Translations under genes and position numbers: made by a program
Shown: piece after piece, positions 47,255-55,550 of the stretch
How positions within the stretch are numbered: the first letter of the stretch is position 1
How the letters are laid out: each line of letters opens with the position of its first letter
Notes under the pieces: model-generated
The model's input: only the letters and a program-made list of their open reading frames with translations
What the model was told of the DNA's origin: nothing
Databases searched by the model: none
NCBI GenBank assembly: GCA_964564895.1
Contig: CAZMCB010000003.1
Coordinates: 6,800 to 64,904, forward strand
Direction: 5' to 3'
Length of the DNA stretch: 58,105 nt
DNA from: an uncultured Pseudomonadales bacterium
Lineage (GTDB): Bacteria > Patescibacteriota > Microgenomatia > UBA1400 > MFAQ01

Positions 47255-47283
47255 ATCATACCATATCAAAATTGAAATGTCAA
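47255..47283 (-). promoter_or_regulatory. Near-consensus sigma70 promoter
   Basis: TTGACA (47283-78)-17 nt-TATGAT (47260-55) preceded by TGG. Confidence 0.85.
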
Positions 47284-47332
47284 GCCTATAGCACTCAAAC
47301 GACACTCCGTTTGGTGTATCCTTAATTTATCT

Positions 47333-48304
47333 ATGCTAACCAAAGAGCTAATTCAAAATAAGAATGTTTTGCTTCGAGCTGATCTTGATGTGCCCCTAAA
47401 AGAGGGAAGAGTAGAAAACGATTTTCGCCTCAAAGCTCTGCTTCCAACCATCAACTTTTGTCTCGAGCACGCCAAAAAAACCATAATAATTGGCCATCTA
47501 GGTCGTCCGGAAGGGGAGGAGGCTGGCTTGAGCCTAGCTCCAGTCGTAGAAACACTAAAAAGCTTGCTAAATCAACCCATTCAGCTTATACCTTCGGGTT
47601 TCTCTCCAGGGGAGAGATGGGGAGGGGAATCCCCCCTAGCCGTCATGGAAAACATTCGCTTTGACCCCCGTGAAGAAAATATTGATAGGGGATACGCAAA
47701 TTTTTTGTCTAAAGGTGCCGATATCTATATATACGAATCGTTCGCAAATTACCGTAAATCGACCAGTTTAAGCCTAATACCCGAAGTTTTACCGACCGTG
47801 ACTGGTTTTAGGTTCGATTTGGAAGTAGAGGCTCTCCTAAAAGTGCTTACCAATCCCCTTCATCCCACCCTTCTTTTAGCCTCAGGCGCGAAGCTAGACA
47901 AGCTCGAAATAATTAAACAAATCGAGCCTAAATTTGATCAAGTTCTTCTCGGTGGTTTACTAGGAAAACCAGAAGAGCGTACACCTGACGGTCTTGACCT
48001 CTCAGAAGAGACCACTTCCCTATTTATACAGCGCATTAATGAAGCTAAAACAATCGTCATCAATGGTCCTGTAGGCATGTACGAAGACGGATTGCACGAT
48101 AAAGCCACTAAGGCAGTCTTTGAAGCTATTATTTCCTCAGGAGCCTATTCAGTAGTCGGTGGTGGTGACACCCTAGCCGCAATACCCTCTCTGGGTCTTT
48201 CCTATGCCTCTTTTAGCTTCGTCAGTACCGGTGGTGGTGCAATGCTCGAGTATTTAGCTACAGGCACTCACCCAGTACTAGAGGTCCTCAAGGGGGCAAA
48301 ATAA
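47333..48304 (+). CDS. pgk: Phosphoglycerate kinase (shortened)
   Basis: LRADLDVP, GHLGRP, ENIRF, INGPVGMYE, VGGGDT, STGGGAMLEYL; 323 aa. Confidence 0.9.
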   Translation: MLTKELIQNKNVLLRADLDVPLKEGRVENDFRLKALLPTINFCLEHAKKTIIIGHLGRPEGEEAGLSLAPVVETLKSLLNQPIQLIPSGFSPGERWGGESPLAVMENIRFDPREENIDRGYANFLSKGADIYIYESFANYRKSTSLSLIPEVLPTVTGFRFDLEVEALLKVLTNPLHPTLLLASGAKLDKLEIIKQIEPKFDQVLLGGLLGKPEERTPDGLDLSEETTSLFIQRINEAKTIVINGPVGMYEDGLHDKATKAVFEAIISSGAYSVVGGGDTLAAIPSLGLSYASFSFVSTGGGAMLEYLATGTHPVLEVLKGAK

Positions 48305-48343
48305 ACCTGTTTTTATTGTTTTTGTTCTATACAATAAATATTA

Positions 48344-50434
48344 ATGGGTGCCTTAATCGCCACTATTTTTACGGTTATAACGCTAGCTATTTCCTCAATT
48401 TTTGTTTCTAATGAGTTAGCTACAAGAAGATCCGTTTCACCCAACTCTCCAGAAAGTAAACCTGCAGCTTCGAGTTGTAAACCATGTAGTGACGACGAAA
48501 AAGGCGCTGGTAAAGATGCTAACGGCTGTTATATCTGTGTAAAAACTAATGGTTCAAGCCCTACGACCAATAATAGTTCTACCTCTAACTCGAGTAATTC
48601 TTGTGCAGGTCCACTCTCAGCTTCGTTGTGCAAAAACAAAAATGTTGGAGATACAGAATGTGTTGGCGGTGTGATTTTAAAGTGCTTACGTACAAGTGGC
48701 TTAAACTGTTCTGCTTATGACACAAAAGTACCGTGCGGAAATTCTCCAGTTACCACATCAACTCTTACCCCCACCCCAAGACCTACTGCCTCACCTACTT
48801 CCTATAAAACACCTAGCCCAACTTCCTCCTGTGCCTGTATTGGTGGTTACCTTGTAAACTGTGGAGCAGGTTCTGGTGCTCCTTGTTCTGTCAACATTGT
48901 TCCTACCGCCACCCCCAAACCCACAAATACAATCGCAACTACAACCGACACAGAAGAGGCCTCCAGTCTAAATGCTGAGAGGAAAGAGTGTCAATTAAAT
49001 GGTGGTGCTTGGACAAACAATAAGTGTGTTTACCCCACCTCTACAGCCTCTCTTCCCAAGCCTTCTCCCACACCCAAACCTACTAGCTTAGTCAATACTC
49101 AGATTAGTGTCACTCCTACTCCTACAAAAATCATTAGTACAACCATAGCTCCATCTCCAACAAAAATATGTAACGTCGAACTGTTAAAAACTTCAAGTTG
49201 TGGCGCCAATGGTTGTTTGTCAAATCAAGTTCAGCAAACATGGAAAGATGTTAATTGTCAAATAAAAAATATTTGTCAGGATAGCGAAAGTTGTAATAAG
49301 GATGTCTGTAAGGTTGGCCAATATCAATGTGATGGTATTATTTCAGTGGCCTGTATAAATGGTAAATTTAATGGAGTAAAACAAAACTGTGGTAGTCTGG
49401 GATGTAACTCAATCACAGGAAAATGTAACCCGACCCCAACCCCGATAAAGACTCCTACCTCCACACCTCTTCCTGATGTCCATTTGGGTGTATCTGGCAT
49501 TCCCTCCAACACTCCAACAGTTACGCCCTCTCCTACTCCATACTGTAAGTTAATTAAAAAAATAATATGTGGCAGTCTTGGTTGTGAAGAAACTCTTGAT
49601 GGTGGCACCTGTAAATACAACACCTCCTCTGCCTTAATGGTTCCTGTAATCAGTATTTCTCCAAGTATTTCTCCCACTGTTACAACAATTCCTTATGATG
49701 ACAACTATTTTCTCGCTCGAGAAAGATTATTGTGTAAAAGAGATGGAGGTGTTTGGAAAAACAACCAGTGTCAAGATCCTATAATCAATATTGTGACTCC
49801 AACTCCCACACCGACGATAATTCCTCTTCCTGATCCAAAAACTCTTGATAACTATAAAAACTCAGGTGATAGTCAAACCTTTGCCAATACTACAGATGAA
49901 ATAGCTGGTGTAATTTATTCTTGTCAAAAAAAGGGAAACATCTCGGGTATTGCCCTCAGAAACTGTCTCTGTGACTCAATCGATTGCAACACCAAGGCTG
50001 GTCAGGTAATTTCTGACAGCATTTTCACCTATTCAAGTGACGGAAACGGGCTCCAGTGTGTTGAGTTTGTAAGTGCTTTAGAGACACTTCAAAAAAACTC
50101 TTCAACTAGTAATTGTTCTAATAATGGTGCACAAACTGGGGATGAAATGGCAGACTGTGCTGAGCCAGGATATCTAAGGTGTGATAGGGGAAACGGAGCA
50201 TCTTTTATAGAAGGAGATATTGTTGTTTGGGATGGTGAACCAGGTCACAGTGAGGGTCATGTAGCCATTTGCGTGGAAGTAAAAAACAATGGTGAAGACT
50301 GTGTTGTGGCAGAATCAAATTGGAACAATGACCAAACGGTTGGTTTCCGCACTATTCACTCAGATGGTTCAGATTCATACAATCACCACTCAATTCTCCG
50401 TCGCACATCGGTTGACAACCAGTCTTGTTATTAA
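48344..50434 (+). CDS. Modular Cys/Thr/Pro-rich surface protein A with C-terminal CHAP amidase/peptidase domain
   Basis: N-term MGALIATIFTV..AISS anchor; QCVEFV (Cys 50057), GDIVVW..GH..GHVAI (His 50258), ESNW (50312). Confidence 0.75.
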   Translation: MGALIATIFTVITLAISSIFVSNELATRRSVSPNSPESKPAASSCKPCSDDEKGAGKDANGCYICVKTNGSSPTTNNSSTSNSSNSCAGPLSASLCKNKNVGDTECVGGVILKCLRTSGLNCSAYDTKVPCGNSPVTTSTLTPTPRPTASPTSYKTPSPTSSCACIGGYLVNCGAGSGAPCSVNIVPTATPKPTNTIATTTDTEEASSLNAERKECQLNGGAWTNNKCVYPTSTASLPKPSPTPKPTSLVNTQISVTPTPTKIISTTIAPSPTKICNVELLKTSSCGANGCLSNQVQQTWKDVNCQIKNICQDSESCNKDVCKVGQYQCDGIISVACINGKFNGVKQNCGSLGCNSITGKCNPTPTPIKTPTSTPLPDVHLGVSGIPSNTPTVTPSPTPYCKLIKKIICGSLGCEETLDGGTCKYNTSSALMVPVISISPSISPTVTTIPYDDNYFLARERLLCKRDGGVWKNNQCQDPIINIVTPTPTPTIIPLPDPKTLDNYKNSGDSQTFANTTDEIAGVIYSCQKKGNISGIALRNCLCDSIDCNTKAGQVISDSIFTYSSDGNGLQCVEFVSALETLQKNSSTSNCSNNGAQTGDEMADCAEPGYLRCDRGNGASFIEGDIVVWDGEPGHSEGHVAICVEVKNNGEDCVVAESNWNNDQTVGFRTIHSDGSDSYNHHSILRRTSVDNQSCY

Positions 50435-50565
50435 CAACTCTCACGTCGGTATATCTACTGTTTTTCAAAAGACAATAACGTCTCCAACAAATCAACACCA
50501 ACTCCATCCTTTTGATGTAGTCGATCTTCCCATGCTAAACTAGATTAGTTAATAAACAGCCTGTC

Positions 50566-51651
50566 ATGGTTAATTTTTCGATCAACGGTTTTGGAAGAAT
50601 AGGACGCTCTGTCATGAGAGTCTGGCTTCAATCGCACATAGATGATGCGACACTCGTTGCCATAAACACTTCTGGTTCGTTAAATGTGGCTGGTTGGGCA
50701 CACCTCCTTCGTTACGATACCGCTTACGGTACTCTTCCCTACTCAATTTCCTCTGAAGAAGTTCAAGACCTCAAAGAAGTAACAGACGCAAAGCCATTAA
50801 TTGGGTACATTACGATTGAGTTAAAAGATAAATCATTCAAGATCCCCGTATTAGCTCAGCGTGATCCAGCCAAGATTCCTTGGGTTGAGTTCGGTGCCGA
50901 AATCGTAATCGAGTCCACCGGAGCTTTCACCAGTCTCGACAAAGCTATTCTTCATATTCAAGGAGGTGCTCGCTTCGTAGTTCTTTCTGCTCCAGCAAAA
51001 GGCGAAGGCGTGCCTACGGCTGTGCTCGGGGTTAACGATAATGAAGTCATCACCAAAGATCGTACAGGCACACTTTCAGTCATCAGCAACGCCTCTTGTA
51101 CTACCAATAGTGTGGCTCCTGTCGCCGACATACTCCATTCCAAGGTAGGTATCCTCAAGGCCATGTTGACTACAGTTCACGGCTATACTGACGATCAAAA
51201 CCTCCAAGATAATTCACATAGAGATCTAAGAAGGGCCCGTGCAGCCGCCCAAAACATAGTTCCGACAAGTACCGGTGCCGCCATTGCCGCAACTCAAGCG
51301 ATTCCTGAACTTCAAGGTCTTTTTGATGGAATTTCTCTTCGTGTGCCCGTTATCACAGGTTCAATTACCGACTTTACTTTTGTCACCCGTCGCTCCACTT
51401 CTGTCGAAGAAATTAATCAGATTTTTATTGACGCCGCCAGAGACCCTAGGTATCGAGGCATTTTAGCTGTTACCGACGAACCTCTTGTTTCCTCCGACAT
51501 TGTCGGGAGACCGGAGTCAAGTATTGTTGATCTTGATATGACTAGAGTTGTTGACGGCACTCTTGTAAAAGTCTTGGCTTGGTACGACAATGAATGGGGT
51601 TACTCAAATAGATTAATTGAAGAAGTTATTAAAGCAGGTGAACTATATTAA
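50566..51651 (+). CDS. gap: Glyceraldehyde-3-phosphate dehydrogenase type I
   Basis: INGFGRIGR, IESTGAF, SNASCTTN, TTVHGYT.DQ, RRARAA, WYDNEWGYS. Confidence 0.97.
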   Translation: MVNFSINGFGRIGRSVMRVWLQSHIDDATLVAINTSGSLNVAGWAHLLRYDTAYGTLPYSISSEEVQDLKEVTDAKPLIGYITIELKDKSFKIPVLAQRDPAKIPWVEFGAEIVIESTGAFTSLDKAILHIQGGARFVVLSAPAKGEGVPTAVLGVNDNEVITKDRTGTLSVISNASCTTNSVAPVADILHSKVGILKAMLTTVHGYTDDQNLQDNSHRDLRRARAAAQNIVPTSTGAAIAATQAIPELQGLFDGISLRVPVITGSITDFTFVTRRSTSVEEINQIFIDAARDPRYRGILAVTDEPLVSSDIVGRPESSIVDLDMTRVVDGTLVKVLAWYDNEWGYSNRLIEEVIKAGELY

Positions 51652-51665
51652 TTAACTTAAACAAA

Positions 51666-52436
51666 ATGGAAACACAATTTCCTTACAACACTGTTAACAC
51701 TCCTCTTGTTTCTCCACAGACGCCAGTTAATCCTTCGGTGCCACATATTACACATTCAGAACAGAAATTTGATATAAAACCACTACTTACAATTTTTAAA
51801 ATTGGTCTAGGCATCGGTTTGTTATTTTTCCTCAGTCAAATATTCAAACCAGCCACACTTACGGTTTCTGGAATAGGCAAAGTATCTACAGTACCCCAAA
51901 GCGTTTCCCTTATCGTTACCAGAACCAATGTTGCCCTCGACCCGGCACTTGCCATTGACGCAGGTGAGTCTGGTTTAGTTGCTCTCATTAATGAAGCCAA
52001 AAATATTGTCGGAGCAGATGCAAAAGTAGAAAAATCTTTTTACACTACATCTGTCACTTCTGCTCAACAAGCCTCAGGTGTTGTCAAAGTATTCCAGATA
52101 GCAAATGGGTTCAAAATCACCTTTAATGATGTGTCCAAAACAAACGAACTAATAAAAACTTTATATTCAAAAGGTGCCACGTCCATTTCCTCTGTTTCCT
52201 TTATTCCTGCCGACAAAGATCAGACAGAAAGAGACGCCAGAAAACTAGCCATAGCCAATGCCAAAGAAGAAGCAGTAAAAATTGCTAAATCAATGGGTAA
52301 GCGTGTGGGTAGAGTAGTCTCCTTTGCAGACGATCAAGTTGATGCTTCAAGCACTATTAGTTCTAGCGAAGGAAGTTTTGGAACTGAAAGTATTGACATC
52401 ACCAAGGCTGTTTCAGTCATATACGAGATCTGGTAA
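51666..52436 (+). CDS. SIMPL (DUF541)-domain membrane-anchored protein
   Basis: LTVSGIGKVSTVP..., ARKLAIANAKEEAVKIAKSMGKRVGRVV, ITKAVSVIYEI. Confidence 0.8.
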   Translation: METQFPYNTVNTPLVSPQTPVNPSVPHITHSEQKFDIKPLLTIFKIGLGIGLLFFLSQIFKPATLTVSGIGKVSTVPQSVSLIVTRTNVALDPALAIDAGESGLVALINEAKNIVGADAKVEKSFYTTSVTSAQQASGVVKVFQIANGFKITFNDVSKTNELIKTLYSKGATSISSVSFIPADKDQTERDARKLAIANAKEEAVKIAKSMGKRVGRVVSFADDQVDASSTISSSEGSFGTESIDITKAVSVIYEIW

Positions 52437-52455
52437 ACCTATACAATAAACCTTA

Positions 52456-54984
52456 ATGGGTGCCTTAATCGCCACAATATTTACAGTCATTGTCGTAGCG
52501 ATTTCTTCTGTTGTCATCACCAGTCCTAATATCAACTTTGATAATCGTTCCAAAGCATCCACTTCCTCTTGTGCCTGTGTCGGTGGTTATCTCCAAAACT
52601 GTGGTGCTGGTTCTGGTTCTCCCTGTTCTCCCAGCACTACCCCCATTCCTTTAAGGGTTACTCCTACCGCTAGTGTTACCCCTAGTCCCAACGTTTACCA
52701 TCCCCCTGCTCCAACACAATCAGTCGTCACACCCACTTCTCCACCAACAGAAACTTCCACTACAACATCTTCACCACCAACACCATCCTGTGCCTGTGTC
52801 GGTGGTTACCTCCAAAACTGTGGTGCTGGTTCTGGTTCTCCCTGTTCTGCCAGCACTACCCCCATTCCTCTAGACGTCACTCCTACACCAGTTTGCCAAT
52901 CAAAATCTTGTATCGAGACCTGCACTCGTACAGTTCACCAATCTGGTTCTTGTGTAAATGACCAGTGTGTTTGTAATCAGCCTACTCCAACTCCGACACC
53001 CTCCTGCTCTTGTGTTGACGGTATCTATGGTGGCGAAAATTGTGACAAGGAAGGTAAAAAATGTGGACCAACACCGACACCCGTCCAATGCGCTAAGGAT
53101 CAAAAAAAGTGTCAAAAAGAGGGACTAAGTCATTTTGAATATATCTGTGATGCAAGTGGAAATTTCCAGAAAAACAAACGTTGTGATTTTGGATGTGACA
53201 CAGAAAATAACTGTGTAAAAAGATGCACCCCCGGTGAAAAGTCTTGTGCATATGATAAGGATATCGGTAATTACCTCTCTATTTGTTCACCGGATGGTAG
53301 TCAATGGATAAAAACACAGTGCTCTGGAACGTGTGACAAAGGCAAAGACGGCCCTCAATGCTTCGCAGACACAAAATATGATCACTGCGACAACAACAAG
53401 AAGGTCGCTATCCGTTATGACAAGGATGGAAACGAAACTAGAACCACCTGTACCTATGGTTGCAGTGACTCCTTCTGGGAAGGTTCCAAACCAGAAGCAA
53501 CATGCGTTGATAAGTTATATTTTGCCTGTACATCAGACCCTTCGTGTGCTAGTGGAAGCAGGCTGGTAGGAACAAACACCGTCAACGGTTCACTGTATAC
53601 AGGTGTCTCCCAATGTTGTAACTCCGGCGAGTCGTGCGACAAGAATCAGGGAATATGTGCCCCTTCAAACAAAAAAGATCTCGGTAAACCTTGTAAAGAT
53701 GGTGGCGAATGTAGTAGTGGCTACTGTTATTCTAACGACGAAATACAGTTGGCCAGTGTTGTCAGCAATCTCAATCCTCTCGCTCCATTTTGGACAGAAA
53801 ACTCTGCGATAGGATCTTTTGTTCCAGGTATAAAAGCAGATATAAATATCATCGCAAATACCTCTCCCGACGTCTGTCAAAGCCAGTCACTCACGTCTTT
53901 AGCCACGTCAGCCGTCGGTTCAACTTTTACCAACACTATGAATACTCTTGTCCCCGTCGATGCTTTAGAGAACTGTGGACGTTCCGATGGTATTCTAAAT
54001 CTTGATTGCGCCGTCTCTGGTATGGTTTTAGTTCCAGGAGGTACACAAGTAGCTGTTGGTAGTTTGGGTGAAGTGGTTGGAACAGCGAAATCTATTTGGA
54101 ATGTTGCTGGGGGAAATGTTTTAAAGGTCCCAAGCGCAACATACACATATGGGTCTAACATGCTTTCAGATATACCTCAGTGGGTCGGGCAAGCAGTTAC
54201 TGTCGCCAGCACTCTTCCTGGGGCATATTACGCAGGCAAATGTCTCTACGAATCATGTACTCCAGACGAACAAATGGCGGCATTTCTAACAGGAGTAGGT
54301 ATCCAAGATATTCAAGCACAGCAAATGATCGACAGTTCCGCCAGATATCCGAATAAGAAAACTGAAGCTAATTTGACTCTTAACAGACTGACTGATGATC
54401 TCTTTTACGATGTAAACAAAAACTACGGGGTGACGAAAATTGTTCTCGACAAAGATCAGATGGAAAAATATGTTATCGATAATCAAATCGTGCTAGGTAA
54501 TGGAGTTAAACCCAGTGATGCATTAGGTTGGTTCCAACCATCAAACAATGTGATTGTGCTGAGGAGTGGCTATGATCAACCAAGTCTATATCACGAGACA
54601 ACTCACGCTTTTAGATTCAACAACGGAGCAAATCAAAACATTTTGAAAAATTATATAGCACCACTGAACACAAGTAATGAATCAAAAATGGCCATCTACC
54701 AAGCTTTAGAGGAGGTTGGAACAATCTCCGAAGAGCTGAGGCTTCTTAACTCCATACCGAATTTGCCAGAAGAATACGTTTGGGGAGCAGAGAATTACAT
54801 GCAATACAGTGTTGATAGGTACGTGCGCGGGCTGGTCGATCTTCCCTCGGCTCCTCCGGAAGTTCTAAAATATCTCGATGAGCTGAAGGTTGTCGATCCA
54901 GCAACTTACGCTAAGATTACAGTACCATTAAGCGTTCCCCCTCCTGTTCCAGCCGTTCCCGTCACCCCTCCTCCATTACCTTAA
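52456..54984 (+). CDS. Modular Cys/Thr/Pro-rich surface protein B with C-terminal HExxH zinc-metallopeptidase domain
   Basis: Same N-terminus (..PNINFDNRSKA); ALGWFQPSNNVIVL..LYHETTH (54592-606)..YQALEEV. Confidence 0.7.
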   Translation: MGALIATIFTVIVVAISSVVITSPNINFDNRSKASTSSCACVGGYLQNCGAGSGSPCSPSTTPIPLRVTPTASVTPSPNVYHPPAPTQSVVTPTSPPTETSTTTSSPPTPSCACVGGYLQNCGAGSGSPCSASTTPIPLDVTPTPVCQSKSCIETCTRTVHQSGSCVNDQCVCNQPTPTPTPSCSCVDGIYGGENCDKEGKKCGPTPTPVQCAKDQKKCQKEGLSHFEYICDASGNFQKNKRCDFGCDTENNCVKRCTPGEKSCAYDKDIGNYLSICSPDGSQWIKTQCSGTCDKGKDGPQCFADTKYDHCDNNKKVAIRYDKDGNETRTTCTYGCSDSFWEGSKPEATCVDKLYFACTSDPSCASGSRLVGTNTVNGSLYTGVSQCCNSGESCDKNQGICAPSNKKDLGKPCKDGGECSSGYCYSNDEIQLASVVSNLNPLAPFWTENSAIGSFVPGIKADINIIANTSPDVCQSQSLTSLATSAVGSTFTNTMNTLVPVDALENCGRSDGILNLDCAVSGMVLVPGGTQVAVGSLGEVVGTAKSIWNVAGGNVLKVPSATYTYGSNMLSDIPQWVGQAVTVASTLPGAYYAGKCLYESCTPDEQMAAFLTGVGIQDIQAQQMIDSSARYPNKKTEANLTLNRLTDDLFYDVNKNYGVTKIVLDKDQMEKYVIDNQIVLGNGVKPSDALGWFQPSNNVIVLRSGYDQPSLYHETTHAFRFNNGANQNILKNYIAPLNTSNESKMAIYQALEEVGTISEELRLLNSIPNLPEEYVWGAENYMQYSVDRYVRGLVDLPSAPPEVLKYLDELKVVDPATYAKITVPLSVPPPVPAVPVTPPPLP
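52570..52869 (+). repeat. Intragenic 81-bp direct repeat (CACVGGYLQNCGAGSGSPCS module)
   Basis: 52570-52650 vs 52789-52869, 2 mismatches; a more diverged copy starts at 48830 in protein A and another lies near 55790-55855 in protein C. Confidence 0.9.
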
Positions 54985-54995
54985 AATTTAGATAT

Positions 54996-55550
54996 ATGGA
55001 AATCACAGAAAAAAACATAACCTACGACCTAGTGTCAAATTTATCAAAAAAACGTCTTGTTTTCCAAGAGGCGATTATTGTTGCAGACAAGAATACGGTA
55101 GATATCGCCTCAAACTCGATTAAAAAGGAGTCCGAAAACCTACTGTCTATTTATGCACCAATTCCTTCAAACACGGAAGATGGCTATCTGGTCTGTGAAC
55201 TGCTAAATAGGTATTACAACCAATTCTTTGATCAACAAAAACTCGACTTTTTGAAACAAAATATTGCTCTTGGTAGAGAAAAATATCCAATAAATACCGA
55301 GATTAAAAAAGACATCGACGAAATAAACACAGCTTCATTCCAATATTTTGGATCGAAAGACATAATTGGAGAGAAGACGATCGAACTAAAAAAAATGTCA
55401 AATCCAATTGCAAATGCTATCTTGAACACTCACATTGAAGAACTTTCATCAAGACACAAGATGGCAAACAAAATCATGAACATGCCAATAACCAATAGAA
55501 TATCTTGCTCAGAAAGCCAAACACATCTAATTGTCAATTTTAATAAATAA
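54996..55550 (+). CDS. Soluble hypothetical protein, candidate immunity/partner
   Basis: 184 aa, no signal or TM; between proteins B and C, its stop overlaps the ATG of C (TAATG). Confidence 0.6.
   Translation: MEITEKNITYDLVSNLSKKRLVFQEAIIVADKNTVDIASNSIKKESENLLSIYAPIPSNTEDGYLVCELLNRYYNQFFDQQKLDFLKQNIALGREKYPINTEIKKDIDEINTASFQYFGSKDIIGEKTIELKKMSNPIANAILNTHIEELSSRHKMANKIMNMPITNRISCSESQTHLIVNFNK

Noticed and set aside
47289-47300. Half CIRCE (ATAGCACTCA) upstream of pgk
   Set aside because: The second arm GAGTGCTA is absent at N9; probably chance or a relic.
50435-50515. In-frame continuation after the stop of protein A (QLSRRYIYCFSKDNNVSNKSTPTPSF)
   Set aside because: Only 26 codons and the CHAP domain is already complete; may be a relic tail but cannot be told from chance.
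52570-52869. Near-identical repeat pair as a diversity-generating retroelement TR/VR
   Set aside because: The two mismatches (T/C, C/G) are not at adenines, both copies are in-frame within one gene, and no reverse transcriptase is in the window.
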